From: Meyerozyma guilliermondii
Taxonomy: Eukaryota
NCBI GenBank assembly: GCA_051546255.1
Contig: CP128816.1
Location: forward strand, 868,001-932,000
Length of the DNA: 64,000 nt
Reading direction: 5' to 3'
The first letter of the stretch is position 1, and the number at the start of each line of letters is the position of its first letter. The notes below the pieces were generated by a model. It did not search any database. It saw only the letters and a list, made by a program, of their open reading frames with translations, and was not told the DNA's origin. A program made the position numbers and the translations under genes. Below, in pieces: positions 9,689 to 20,661 of this stretch.

Positions 9689-12529
9689 TTAAAGAAGCTC
9701 CGAAAGTATCATGGCGCATATACTGGTCACTGGCTGGACATGTGACACTGTACAAAGCTTCTGAGAGCCTATAATGGCCTCAATATCTGGCGGAAGAATC
9801 ACACTGACTTCGATGCCCAATTCGACACAGAAAGCTCCTGCTACTCTGACGCTAAGATCTGACACCAAATGCCCTGGATCAGTGATAATGCACTCATATT
9901 GGTCGGCTGTACTCTCTTGTAGCCTTTGGAGCTCCCAGTAATGTTTCGTCCAGCGAGAAGCCAAGTCACACATGGCAGACGAAGTTTCAATTTTGGTGAG
10001 TTCTTCGCCGAGAGATGAATAAGATAACGGTCCATTTACATTGTATCCCATGCTTTTAAGGACACTTAAATGCTTGGCTCGGTCAGAATGCAGTAGACTA
10101 TTGGTATGGCGCATCTGAATGCTACTCAAAATTTGAAATTGATTGAGTATTGATTCATAGCTTTGCAAGCTTCTTATCATGTTCACATACCCACCGATGA
10201 TTCCTCGTCGCAAATGGCGCAAATTCGAGTCACTGGATACTTCAGTTGAACTGAAACCCAACCAATTGCGGCCTATAATGGACGCTGCCTCGGAAACATA
10301 CCCGTTTCTATCTCGGGCCAATAATGTTTGCTCGTATGAATTGGCATTATAAGTCGGTAAAAGAGCATTGTTATGTGCCACAAGTACCTCTTCTTCCAGG
10401 TGTTCAAGCTCATCTTGACAATGCGACAATATCGGTATGGAGTTTGTAGCACAATACTTGGATGTCATATGTCCCATAAAGTTATCCAATTCTTCCATGA
10501 AAGAAACTGAGAGTGTCTCGCTTCGACTATTCACAACTTTGGGGTCTCGATTACTGGACAAGCCAAGGTTTCTGACTTTGAAATGAGTCTTCATAATATT
10601 GTAAATGAACCGAATATTGTGGGTATCCTCGTCGCTGAGCTTGTTCGATTCTTCTGGTTTTTTGCCTCGCCGAAATAAGGTAAATGGAAGCAGATCCCCT
10701 CTAGCTAGTAGACAGTTCTCTAATGTATCCCATGATAATGGTTTGATCTGAACATGGTCAAGCGAGTCAAAACTAAAAGAGAATTTTCCATCGAGATTCT
10801 GAAACGGGCTGGATTCAAAGGTATTGTAAATGAAGCTGAGAGTCAAGCACGTTTGCTGGTTATTGAAGGAGGTTCTTGCTTTCATCTTCGGAAATAATTC
10901 AGACAGTCCAACAGAGTAGAAATCAGTCTTGTCGTTGCATAACTGTTCTTGGAAAGCCAAGCGCTTGACAATCTCATCTCTGAACAATGGCCTATCTAGT
11001 AAGGAAGACGTTATTGACGCCCTACTGAAAGCTTCAAAGACACTCCCGCTCGGTGGAAACTTGGTAACGATATCTGGAACGTGGATGTTAATTCGATACT
11101 TTCGACTGTTGAGCTTTTCACAAGAAATTGCAACTTCGCAATGGCCGCTTTCAGATGGTAATCCATAAATAACAAGATCATGGTAGTATGAACGTTGTCG
11201 AAGATGTGGAAAGTAGTCCTGAAGCTTCTTATCGACAAAGGCATCGGGCATGGGCACATTGGTCAAGTCATTGACCGAATTGACAGATAGTTGAGAAAGC
11301 AGAGGTTCACCGACAAAATTGGCAGAAAGAAACGGATCTGTTTTTTCATCGTATACTTTGATATCAGTCAAGAACCTAAGCAAGCTTGCCAGGGTCACTG
11401 TTTGGAAGACTGGTAGTTGGGATAAAAGTGTGGTGATTCTCGAATGCGGATACATTACGGAAAACTTTAGCACTTCCACGAGAAACTTGAACTCTTTTCC
11501 CTCCCAGAGGTCCAAGAAAAAGTTCATTTCATTCTGGTTTTTCGATGTAGCTGGGTTTAGTTGCTGATGGTGAATGTCTTGAAGGAAAGAATTGAAGCGC
11601 TCGGCTGACAGGTCAAACTCCTTTTGAAAGCGAGATATCGCATCCATATTGGCAATTGAGTTGACGAAATACTTCTGTGGTCGGCAGAGGGAGGTGGAAC
11701 AGTTGTAGGATATAATATTGGAGGTTGGCAGCATTAAGGACAGTAACAAGTAGGAAGCTGGATTGTTGAACATGTGGATATGAAGAGCAAAAAGGAAAAG
11801 TGTCTTGCTCAGATATGAAGCGTTTAGTTTTTGAAACATTAATGGAGGAAGTCTGAAAGACCTCACTAACTGGTCGAGGGTAATGTTCGTTATTGAATGC
11901 GAATGGGCAAACTGGGCAAATGCAATGTTCATATGAGGCAGTATAGTTTCCGCTGTGAGAACGGCTTCTTTGGCAAACTGTTGGAGAAACATAACGAGAT
12001 GAAGCCGCTGCTCAAATCTGGGGTTGAATCTCGATTCTAGAATGGGTTCAAGATTGGTGGTTATGACGTTGGATGCATGAAAAGTAATGGAAGTTGTCGA
12101 GATGTATTCCAAGTTATTATCGACCGAAAGCACCAAATTTTTGCTGTAATTTTCGTGGAACTTGGACAGTGGTTGCTGAATAACGGCACCAAGTTTTGGT
12201 GTATTCGAATCATGATCGATGTACTCGATTATAGAACCAACATTAGGAGGATTCAAGTATGAGTTTTGAATAATTTCGGGAAAACTTGCATTTTTGTCGT
12301 TTAATATCGGCAGAAAGTCGGTGTCGTAGCTCGTATAGCTGTGGTAGTCGGCATTGGGATTCACTATTGGTGGTCTAGATTCGAAATACTGGGTGATTGC
12401 CAATGGAGAGCACGATTCCAGCCAGTTGTTATTGTGCATAAATGCATTTAAAGCTGTCCCACGAGTCCAGAACGATCGTCGTAGCACACGAACCACATGG
12501 GCCATGCGCCGAGCCAGTGTGCAGCGCAT
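9689..12529 (-). CDS. Dss1/Msu1-like mitochondrial RNase II (RNB) family protein with degenerate active site
   Basis: Arg-rich, acid-free N-terminus from ATG 12529. Collinear similarity by eye to yeast Dss1 segments (PNVGS, DLVIY..., RINIHVPD, ETLS...E, HYW, C-terminal S1-like region). Confidence 0.75.
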   Translation of the reverse strand: MRCTLARRMAHVVRVLRRSFWTRGTALNAFMHNNNWLESCSPLAITQYFESRPPIVNPNADYHSYTSYDTDFLPILNDKNASFPEIIQNSYLNPPNVGSIIEYIDHDSNTPKLGAVIQQPLSKFHENYSKNLVLSVDNNLEYISTTSITFHASNVITTNLEPILESRFNPRFEQRLHLVMFLQQFAKEAVLTAETILPHMNIAFAQFAHSHSITNITLDQLVRSFRLPPLMFQKLNASYLSKTLFLFALHIHMFNNPASYLLLSLMLPTSNIISYNCSTSLCRPQKYFVNSIANMDAISRFQKEFDLSAERFNSFLQDIHHQQLNPATSKNQNEMNFFLDLWEGKEFKFLVEVLKFSVMYPHSRITTLLSQLPVFQTVTLASLLRFLTDIKVYDEKTDPFLSANFVGEPLLSQLSVNSVNDLTNVPMPDAFVDKKLQDYFPHLRQRSYYHDLVIYGLPSESGHCEVAISCEKLNSRKYRINIHVPDIVTKFPPSGSVFEAFSRASITSSLLDRPLFRDEIVKRLAFQEQLCNDKTDFYSVGLSELFPKMKARTSFNNQQTCLTLSFIYNTFESSPFQNLDGKFSFSFDSLDHVQIKPLSWDTLENCLLARGDLLPFTLFRRGKKPEESNKLSDEDTHNIRFIYNIMKTHFKVRNLGLSSNRDPKVVNSRSETLSVSFMEELDNFMGHMTSKYCATNSIPILSHCQDELEHLEEEVLVAHNNALLPTYNANSYEQTLLARDRNGYVSEAASIIGRNWLGFSSTEVSSDSNLRHLRRGIIGGYVNMIRSLQSYESILNQFQILSSIQMRHTNSLLHSDRAKHLSVLKSMGYNVNGPLSYSSLGEELTKIETSSAMCDLASRWTKHYWELQRLQESTADQYECIITDPGHLVSDLSVRVAGAFCVELGIEVSVILPPDIEAIIGSQKLCTVSHVQPVTSICAMILSELL

Positions 12530-12692
12530 ATATGGCAATTAGCGTAGTTGGTTAGAAATGAGGGCCTGCACACATCGCGATGCCATCAACAAAGTGCGAC
12601 ATACGACTGCAGGCACTTGCGAACTTTTTACCTTTTATTCGGCTTTGTGTCACCTCCATCGGGTGCAAATCGCGGTCCGATTTCAGCATGTG

Positions 12693-12966
12693 CCGAGGAA
12701 GTCGGCGTGAATCAGCCGACCCACGATCTGTCCCCACACGGGCAGGAAGATCAGCCTAGTGTTTAAGCCGTATAACGGTTGATTGTATGATGTAATTGAT
12801 TGAAATGAATTGTCCAAATGACATCTTGATTCAATTCTCATTTTATTGCTTCTCATTTGCTTATTCACTTTTCATTTGCTTTGCTTCTCATTCCTTTGCA
12901 CTCTCTTGCTTCGCCAAATCGAGCACCTCTACCCCTCCAACCGTACCCCACAGACCTGGGCCGAGG
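12693..12966 (+). promoter_or_regulatory. Two CCGAGG (FarA/Ctf1-type) fatty-acid response sites upstream of FAA2
   Basis: CCGAGG at 12693-12698 and 12961-12966, upstream of a PTS1-bearing acyl-CoA synthetase. Confidence 0.5.
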
Positions 12967-13017
12967 TTCGCGACAAATATAACATTACCCCAGACGCACC
13001 AAAACTCCGCATTTTCA

Positions 13018-15162
13018 ATGGCTGCCCTCATCAACGATTCCCCAGCTGCTATCAAGGAGCATATCCAACGCACGCTCCCCATTGAGCCCAGCTTGCTTGC
13101 CAATGGTGTAGCTCTTCCCAACTCGAGGAAACCAGGCTACCTGCACATATACAGGAACGCCTTTTCTGCCGATGAACTCAAGACAGTGCCCCATCCGGCA
13201 TTGACCACTCTTTACAAGTTCTTCGAGACCACGGTTGCTGCTACGCCCAACCTGAGGTGTTTGGGAAAAAGACCCAAGTTGGCAGATGGGTCGTTTGGAA
13301 ACTACGAATGGCAGACGTATGCCGAGGTGAGTAAGAGAAGAACCGATTTCGGATCAGGACTTTTCTTTGTTTTGCAAAACAATCCCTACAAAGCCGTGCA
13401 CTCCGACGACTTTGTGGTGGCGCTTCTCTCGCACAATCGCCCGGAATGGAGTATTGCTGACATGGCTTGTATTGCTTACTCCATCACCAACACTGCTCTC
13501 TACGATAGTTTGGGTCCCGACACTTCTCGCTATATTTTGGGTCTTACCGAGAGCCCAGTGGTGGTGTGCTCCAAGGATAAGATCAGAGGGTTAATCAAAC
13601 TCAAGGCTGACTCTCCTCGCGATTTGAGTAACTTGACAGTATTGATATCCATGGATCCACTTGACTTGTCCAACCCAGCTTCTCCCGACCACGAGCTCGT
13701 GAAATATGGTCAAGATAACAGAATTGCTGTGTACGACTTTCTCCAGGTGGAAAAGTTTGGTCAAATTGCTCCAAAGAAACATATTCCTCCTACTCCTGAA
13801 ACCGTCTATACCATTTCTTTCACCTCGGGAACAACTGGTGCCCACCCCAAGGGAGTTATCTTGACTCATACCAGTGCTGTGAGTGCCGTCACTTTTTGCT
13901 TTTCCAATATCAGTCCCGTCAAAGACACAGTTACCTATTCTTTCTTACCGCTTGCTCACATTTACGAGAGAATGAATTTGTCTTTTGCCTTCGCTTTGGG
14001 TGCTGCAATTGGTTATCCTCAGAGTGCTTCACCTTTGACCCTTCTTGATGACATTCAGTTGTTGAAACCTCACTATTTGGCGTTGGTTCCTCGTGTTTTC
14101 ACCAAGTTGGAGCTGGCGCTTAAGGCACAAACCATCAACAACGAAGAAAAGCCGTTGTTGCGTAACATCTTCACAAAGGCTATCGGCAAGAAAATGGAGT
14201 TGCAGAGCATCACCGACGGTGATCCTGGTCACCATATTGTGTACGACAAAGTCACGGCCTTGCTTCGTAAGAAAATTGGCTTTCTGAATGTGATCTCGTG
14301 TGCTACTGGTTCTGCTCCCATTTCACCAGAAACTGTTCGTTTTATCAAGGCTTCGTTGAACTGCGGTATGTCTCAGGGTTATGGTCTTACCGAGTCGTTT
14401 GCTGGTTTGGCATCTTCATCTAAGTATGAGGCTAATCCTGGCTCGTGTGGATCCATTGGTGTTTCTTGTGAAATGAGACTTCGTGATGTGCCAGAAATGA
14501 ACTATACAGCTGACGATGAAGGTGGTCCTCGTGGTGAATTGTTGTTGCGTGGACCCCAAATCTTCAAGGAATATTACAAAAACCCTACTGAAACCGCCAA
14601 GGCTTTTGATCAAGATGGGTGGTTTCTTACTGGAGATGTTGCTAGAATCGATGCTTCCAACGGAAGATTATACATTATTGACAGAGTCAAGAATTTCTTC
14701 AAGTTGGCTCAGGGTGAGTACATCACTCCCGAGAAGATTGAAAACACATATTTGTCAAGATTTCCCTTGGCAAACCAGGCGTATGTTCATGGTGATTCTT
14801 TGAAGACTTACTTGGTGGGTATCGTTGGTGTTGAACCCGACATTATTCGGGGTTGGTTGAACTCACGTTTCAAGATTGAACCTTCCAAGGTGGCTTCGAA
14901 GGAAGATATTGTTCAAACCATGAACCGTGCTGATATCAAAAAGAGATATTTGACCGAGATGAACAAGACAGTGGAAGGTGTGTTTCAAGGTTTTGAAAAA
15001 GTTCACAATATTTATATTGATGTTGAGCCATTGACCATTGAGTCGAATGTGATTACTCCAACGTTGAAAATCAAGAGAGCAATTGCCTCCAAGTACTTTG
15101 CCAATGTGTTTGCTACATTGTACGATGAGGGTTCGATTATTAAAGAGGAGTCTAAGTTATAG
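13018..15162 (+). CDS. FAA2: Peroxisomal acyl-CoA synthetase (Faa2-like)
   Basis: ISFTSGTTGAHPKG AMP-binding motif, FLPLAHIYER, QGYGLTE, GWFLTGD, IIDRVKNFFKLAQGEY; C-terminal SKL (PTS1). ATG 13018 chosen over the track's upstream start. Confidence 0.9.
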   Translation: MAALINDSPAAIKEHIQRTLPIEPSLLANGVALPNSRKPGYLHIYRNAFSADELKTVPHPALTTLYKFFETTVAATPNLRCLGKRPKLADGSFGNYEWQTYAEVSKRRTDFGSGLFFVLQNNPYKAVHSDDFVVALLSHNRPEWSIADMACIAYSITNTALYDSLGPDTSRYILGLTESPVVVCSKDKIRGLIKLKADSPRDLSNLTVLISMDPLDLSNPASPDHELVKYGQDNRIAVYDFLQVEKFGQIAPKKHIPPTPETVYTISFTSGTTGAHPKGVILTHTSAVSAVTFCFSNISPVKDTVTYSFLPLAHIYERMNLSFAFALGAAIGYPQSASPLTLLDDIQLLKPHYLALVPRVFTKLELALKAQTINNEEKPLLRNIFTKAIGKKMELQSITDGDPGHHIVYDKVTALLRKKIGFLNVISCATGSAPISPETVRFIKASLNCGMSQGYGLTESFAGLASSSKYEANPGSCGSIGVSCEMRLRDVPEMNYTADDEGGPRGELLLRGPQIFKEYYKNPTETAKAFDQDGWFLTGDVARIDASNGRLYIIDRVKNFFKLAQGEYITPEKIENTYLSRFPLANQAYVHGDSLKTYLVGIVGVEPDIIRGWLNSRFKIEPSKVASKEDIVQTMNRADIKKRYLTEMNKTVEGVFQGFEKVHNIYIDVEPLTIESNVITPTLKIKRAIASKYFANVFATLYDEGSIIKEESKL

Positions 15163-15185
15163 AAAACACCGTGATAGAGTGATTT

Positions 15186-16778
15186 TTATACATATTTATA
15201 TGGGTTCAATATTCCGTTGGGATCGTAGTGTCGTTTGATCTGTTTGATCATGGCGACTTCTGTGTCGTTCTTCGAATAGCCAATGTAGTTTTTCTTCTGG
15301 AACCCAAGCCCATGTTCGGCAGAAATTGATCCTTTCTTGGAACTGATCCACTCGTAGACAAAAGGCTCAAGTGCATTTTCAACCACCTTAGAATACTCTC
15401 TCACAGCTACGTTCAAGTGTAAGTTTCCGTCTCCAAGATGACCGTAACCAATTGCATCAACTACTGGCTTACTCTCGTCTTCAGGATCTCTCAATCCTTG
15501 AGCATCCAACTTCTCGTTCACAGCTTCAACCAAGCCATACAAGTCCTTTAAGGGAAGAGAAACATCGTACTTGTAAACTCCACCTCCAATTGTCGAAGCT
15601 TCTGGAACCTGTTCTCTCCAAGCCCACAAATTCTTGAGTTGGGTTTCGTCTTGAGCTATGATTCCATCTTCCACCAACCCTTCCTCCATGGCATTGCCCA
15701 AAAATGTTTCCAACTTTTCGTCGTCATGTTCCTTGCTCGAACCTGAGGTCTCAATGAGAATGTAGAATGGATATTTTCCGGACTCGATGGGATGGTCGGT
15801 TCCCAAATGGCGCTCAGCCAATGCCTGCGAATTACCGTCCATAAATTCGAATGCTGACAAGATTTCAGAGAGTTCTTTGCGGGCACCCACAAACACCTTT
15901 TGCACAGCTTCGAAAGAATTGACTGCTAAAAATGCAACGTTGAAAACCTGTGGTCTTGCTGGACACAAAATAGAAACCCCGGTGATTATACCTATGGTTC
16001 CTTCTGAGCCAATGAACAATTGTTTCAAGTCATAGCCAGTATTGTCCTTTCTAAGCGAGTGCATAGAGTTGTAAATGGTTCCATCAGGCAAAACGGCTTC
16101 CAATCCCAATACGCTACCATGAAGAGAGCCATACCTGAGAAGACGAAGACCACCAGCATTGGTCGCTACAACTCCACCAACATGACATGAACCTTTTGCT
16201 CCGAGATCGAGCGGGAAAATGTATCCCTTTTCAGCCAAAAAGTTGTCGGCATTCTCCAAAATCACACCAGCGTCACATTTCAAATTTCCACTGACAGGAT
16301 CGAACGATCTGATCTTGTTCATACTGGCCAAAGAAAGTATTATCTCATCGAAAACCGGAATGGAGCCTCCAACCAATCCAGTATTTCCACCTTGAGGCAC
16401 AACAGCAAGTTTTTGTTCGTTACAGTACTTGATAATCTCGGATACTTGTTCCGTCGTTTTTGGTTTCAACACCAACTTGGACTGTCCACGATATTTTCTC
16501 ATCCAGTCTTCGTTGAAAAACTCCAAATCGCCAGCATCTTGAAGCAACGAGTTCTCGTCTTGCAAGATTGCCTTGAACTTCTCTATATCGGCGTTATCTA
16601 ATTTTTTGTATCTTTCGTCTCTCTTCACTTTATCACTGTACGTTTCCGCAGTCAAGGGAACCGCCTTCGAGTACAACCTAATGGTGCTTCTCCGTAATAG
16701 CGTCGAGCCATACGAGTGTACAAAACGAGACTTGAGGGCCGGAAGTAGGCTTTTTCTTGCCAAACTTGCAACCGTCAT
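15186..16778 (-). CDS. DLD2: Mitochondrial D-2-hydroxyglutarate/D-lactate dehydrogenase (FAD-linked)
   Basis: [47 protein letters not shown]; presequence-like start [10 protein letters not shown] at 16778. Confidence 0.92.
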   Translation of the reverse strand: MTVASLARKSLLPALKSRFVHSYGSTLLRRSTIRLYSKAVPLTAETYSDKVKRDERYKKLDNADIEKFKAILQDENSLLQDAGDLEFFNEDWMRKYRGQSKLVLKPKTTEQVSEIIKYCNEQKLAVVPQGGNTGLVGGSIPVFDEIILSLASMNKIRSFDPVSGNLKCDAGVILENADNFLAEKGYIFPLDLGAKGSCHVGGVVATNAGGLRLLRYGSLHGSVLGLEAVLPDGTIYNSMHSLRKDNTGYDLKQLFIGSEGTIGIITGVSILCPARPQVFNVAFLAVNSFEAVQKVFVGARKELSEILSAFEFMDGNSQALAERHLGTDHPIESGKYPFYILIETSGSSKEHDDEKLETFLGNAMEEGLVEDGIIAQDETQLKNLWAWREQVPEASTIGGGVYKYDVSLPLKDLYGLVEAVNEKLDAQGLRDPEDESKPVVDAIGYGHLGDGNLHLNVAVREYSKVVENALEPFVYEWISSKKGSISAEHGLGFQKKNYIGYSKNDTEVAMIKQIKRHYDPNGILNPYKYV

Positions 16779-16914
16779 TGTAGTGATCCGAGTCAAACTG
16801 AATAAAAATTGAGATATTCGTGCTCTGATACGGGTGCATTGGGTGTCATTATGGAGCAGAACCATGGGTGCAAAATCCGAACCAGGACATGTTATTCAAG
16901 AAGTTTCGCTTGAT

Positions 16915-17295
16915 TTACACTTTCTTGGCGATTCTGAGTGACTCCAAAGCGCTATTATTTATGTGTCTGAATCGCAGTGAGCCAATTGGGTTTCCGCCGT
17001 ACCATCTGGTGACAATAACCAACATATCCACCACGTTGTGTCGCTCCAAAACTTGCTCTAGTAATCTGTATCCTGCTCCCTTCTCCCCGTTGTCTTTAAA
17101 CCCCTGAGCTATTGGGTTTGACGTGCGCCAGGCAATTATATGAGGATGCGATGCCTTAGCGATATGCTTATCATTCGATACTAGTTGCTCCAAAATATCC
17201 GGTATTTGCAGAGAGTTTGTGATTGCAATGCTACGTGCTTGAAATTTCGATTTTCGATCGGTAATAACAGAAGACTCGTTCCAATTGGTGGACAT
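16915..17295 (-). CDS. IMPACT/UPF0029 domain protein (YDL177C-like)
   Basis: DRKSKFQA, ASHPHI.AWR, DNGEKGAG, VTRWYGG..IGS.RF. In-frame upstream ATGs up to 17424 are possible. Confidence 0.85.
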   Translation of the reverse strand: MSTNWNESSVITDRKSKFQARSIAITNSLQIPDILEQLVSNDKHIAKASHPHIIAWRTSNPIAQGFKDNGEKGAGYRLLEQVLERHNVVDMLVIVTRWYGGNPIGSLRFRHINNSALESLRIAKKV

Positions 17296-17541
17296 GTACC
17301 GCAAGTTCTGTACAGAAAAGGCTGAAGATATTCGCTGAAAACGACTTGTAAGCCCTTTTTGACCCCCTAGACAATTATTGATGTATTTACTCATCAGGCC
17401 CAGTCCTTTGATTCGCCCCAACATCTTTTTATTTTGACTGGGTGGCCCTGACCAAATCTGGGGAAAACGCTTTTGTGTAATTTTTCAGCGAATTTTCTTA
17501 GTCGCTTCTCACACTTTAGAACTCATTATACACCACCAACC

Positions 17542-17940
17542 ATGATCTACTTGAAAACACTTCTTAAGGTGATAGACAACTCTGGAGCACAAGTCGCTGA
17601 GTGTATTAAGGTCTTGAGACATGGACCTCACAACTTTGCAAAGGTGGGGGACGAAATCACCGTTGTAGTGAAAGAAGCTCGTTCGCTTCAAAGTGAAATA
17701 ACCGGTCAATCCGCCAACAACCGAGTCAAAAGAAGAGATATATGTCGTGCTGTGGTGGTCAGAACAAAAGCGCCGTTCCGTAGACCGGACGGAAGTACCG
17801 TTCGTTTCGATGACAACGCCTGTGTTTTGATAAATAAAAACGGAGATCCTTTGGGCACCCGTGTTTCTTCGGTAGTGGCAAAAGAGTTGAGAGACATGAA
17901 GTATAACAAGATTGTTTCGTTGGCACCCAAGACATTTTAG
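17542..17940 (+). CDS. MRPL38: Mitochondrial ribosomal protein uL14m
   Basis: [36 protein letters not shown] and GTRV uL14 motifs. Confidence 0.93.
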   Translation: MIYLKTLLKVIDNSGAQVAECIKVLRHGPHNFAKVGDEITVVVKEARSLQSEITGQSANNRVKRRDICRAVVVRTKAPFRRPDGSTVRFDDNACVLINKNGDPLGTRVSSVVAKELRDMKYNKIVSLAPKTF

Positions 17941-18075
17941 TGTAGGGAAAAAATGAAAAATGAAAAATGAAAATAGGATGAAAAATAGGACGAAGTTGAT
18001 AGAAAACTGAAATCGAGATTGAGATGAAAAAATTGAAGTTGAGGAACTGAAGTTGAAATTGAGTTGAGAAGGAGG
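17941..18075 (+). repeat. Purine-rich degenerate short repeats (AAAATG / GAARTTGA) in the MRPL38 3' flank
   Basis: aaaaatgaaaaatgaaaaatgaaaataggatgaaaaatagga ... gaagttga repeated. Confidence 0.7.
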
Positions 18076-18403
18076 CGGTGAACTGCAAGACAGAAGGGGC
18101 CTGTATTTAGATTTGGAGTATCCAATATAATGTAACGATTACTGGTTCTCATTGTGGATTATTGGTTCTTTGCAAAGTTTAGAAATTAGCATCTTTGCAA
18201 TAATCAAAAATAACATTCGGTTATATGCCATGTTTATCAGTCTAAACAACCAAGCAATCAACAAACTACCTACAGGTTTCCTACTCTCCCAATCTTCTTC
18301 CCCTGCTACGTAATTCGCGGAACGCGGCGTAAGACCCAGTCCTTCCGCTAGGCTTTCCTACTCAAATCTACCGCGAAAAAAATTAGTCACAGTCCAGAGA
18401 GCC

Positions 18404-20563
18404 ATGGCTGAAGTAGTCAAAAAAATAGAAAACTTGGTGGTTTCTGACAACCAGGATGGTGCTCAGAAGCCCGCCAAGAAGGAAAAGAAAAAGGATATTC
18501 CCCAGAATCCATTGATGTTGAATCCACAACCAGAATTCATCGAATCTCGTATCAAAATGTTCGATGAATTAAAGGCACAATATGATGCTGAAATTGCTGC
18601 CAAGGAACGTAAGGATATCAAAATCACCCTTAAGGATGGCAGTGTACGCGTAGGTACCGCGTACGAGACTACTCCTTTGAGCATTGCCATTGATATCGGA
18701 AAGTCATTTTCAGAAAGACAGGTTATAAGTAAGGTCAATGGCACTTTGTGGGACTTGGAAAGACCTCTTGAAGACGATGTGTCGCTTGAGTTCTTGGATT
18801 TTGACCATCCCGAAGGAAAAGCTGTTTTCTGGCACTCTTCTGCCCACGTCTTGGGAGAATCGTGTGAGTGCCATCTCGGAGGTCTCATTTGTTACGGACC
18901 TCCTACTGAAGATGGGTTTTTCTACGATGTTTCTTTCGACAATGGTGAGAGAGTCATTACTCAGGGTGACTTTGGAAACCTCGAAAAAGTGTCCACCAAG
19001 GCCATCAAGGAAAAGCAAAAATTTGTCAGATTGGAAATGACCAAAGAACAATTGTTGGAAATGTTCAAGTACAACAAATACAAGGTCAAGTTCATTTCCG
19101 ACAAGATCCCCGATGGAACCTCCTCCACCGTCTACAGATGTGGCCCATTGATTGACTTGTGTCTTGGTCCTCATATTCCTCACACCGGAAAGATCAAGTC
19201 GTTCAAACTTTTGAAGAACTCGTCTTCATACTTTTTGGGTGACGCTAACAACGACTCTTTGCAAAGAATCTACGGTATTTCCTTCCCTGACAAAAAGTTG
19301 ATGGACGAGCACCTCAAATTTTTGAAAGAAGCTGCCGATAGAGATCACAGAAAGATTGGTAGAGAACAAGAATTATTCTTCTTCAACGAAATGTCGCCTG
19401 GCTCCGCCTTCTGGTTGCCCCATGGTACCAGAATCTACAACCGCTTGGTCGATTTGATGCGTTCTGAATACATTCAAAGAGACTTCCAAGAGGTCATCAC
19501 TCCAAACATGTACAACTCCAAGTTGTGGGAAACTTCTGGTCACTGGGGTAACTACAAGGAGAACATGTTCACTTTTGATGTAGAGAAAGACTCTTTTGGA
19601 TTGAAGCCTATGAACTGTCCAGGCCATTGCTTGATTTTCAAGTCGAGAGAAAGATCTTATAGAGAGTTGCCATGGCGTGTTGCCGATTTCGGTGTGATCC
19701 ACAGAAACGAGTTTTCTGGTGCTTTATCGGGATTGACCCGTGTCCGTCGTTTCCAGCAGGACGATGCTCATATTTTCTGTACTGAAGAACAAATTGAGGA
19801 TGAAATTGCTGGATGTTTCGACTTTTTGCAAAAAGTGTATGGCATTTTTGGATTTGAGTTCAAGATGGAGCTTTCTACCCGTCCAGAGAAGTACGTGGGA
19901 GAGTTAGAGACATGGAACAATGCTGAGGCCAAATTGGAAAGCGCTTTGAACAAGTTCTTAGGCGAAGGAAAGTGGGAGCTCAACCCTGGAGATGGTGCTT
20001 TCTACGGACCAAAGATAGATATTATGATCAGCGATGCGTTGAAGAGATCATTCCAATGTGCAACTATTCAATTAGATTTCCAATTGCCCAACAGATTTGA
20101 ATTGGAATTCAAGGCTGAAACCAGTTCTCATGCCAGACCAGTTATGATCCACAGAGCCATCTTGGGATCCGTGGAAAGAATGGCTGCCATTTTGACCGAG
20201 CACTTTAAGGGCAGATGGCCATTCTGGTTGTCGCCAAGACAAATTTTGGTGGTTCCAGTTGGAGTCAAGTACAACGACTATGCTCAATCCATACAACAAA
20301 AGTTGAGTAAAGACCACGCATTCTACGCCGATGTTGACTTGTCAGGTAACACTTTGCAGAAGAAAGTGAGAAGCGGACAATTATTGCAGTACAACTTTAT
20401 TTTCATTGTTGGTGAACAAGAACAAGCTGAGCAAAGTGTCAATATTCGTAACAGAGACATTCAATCAGAGCAGGGTAAGAACGAAACCGTCAAGTTTGGC
20501 GACGTGGTCAAGCAATTGAAGAGCTTACGAGATGAGTTGCGCAAAGACAACAAGTTGGCATAA
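18404..20563 (+). CDS. THS1: Cytosolic threonyl-tRNA synthetase
   Basis: TGS domain, [59 protein letters not shown]. Confidence 0.97.
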   Translation: MAEVVKKIENLVVSDNQDGAQKPAKKEKKKDIPQNPLMLNPQPEFIESRIKMFDELKAQYDAEIAAKERKDIKITLKDGSVRVGTAYETTPLSIAIDIGKSFSERQVISKVNGTLWDLERPLEDDVSLEFLDFDHPEGKAVFWHSSAHVLGESCECHLGGLICYGPPTEDGFFYDVSFDNGERVITQGDFGNLEKVSTKAIKEKQKFVRLEMTKEQLLEMFKYNKYKVKFISDKIPDGTSSTVYRCGPLIDLCLGPHIPHTGKIKSFKLLKNSSSYFLGDANNDSLQRIYGISFPDKKLMDEHLKFLKEAADRDHRKIGREQELFFFNEMSPGSAFWLPHGTRIYNRLVDLMRSEYIQRDFQEVITPNMYNSKLWETSGHWGNYKENMFTFDVEKDSFGLKPMNCPGHCLIFKSRERSYRELPWRVADFGVIHRNEFSGALSGLTRVRRFQQDDAHIFCTEEQIEDEIAGCFDFLQKVYGIFGFEFKMELSTRPEKYVGELETWNNAEAKLESALNKFLGEGKWELNPGDGAFYGPKIDIMISDALKRSFQCATIQLDFQLPNRFELEFKAETSSHARPVMIHRAILGSVERMAAILTEHFKGRWPFWLSPRQILVVPVGVKYNDYAQSIQQKLSKDHAFYADVDLSGNTLQKKVRSGQLLQYNFIFIVGEQEQAEQSVNIRNRDIQSEQGKNETVKFGDVVKQLKSLRDELRKDNKLA

Positions 20564-20661
20564 AGTATATAAATAATTGAAGTTCATCATGGTGTTCTGG
20601 GTGTTCGATATAGTCTTAATTTGCGACCTCACCGCAAACTGGTGATAATTACATCTCAAAT

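Noticed and set aside
18314..18403. Open in-frame Arg/Ser-rich 30 codons upstream of THS1, resembling a non-AUG mitochondrial presequence
   Set aside because: No efficient near-cognate start codon (TTG/CTG/GTG/ACG/ATH) in frame, and yeasts normally have a separate mitochondrial ThrRS
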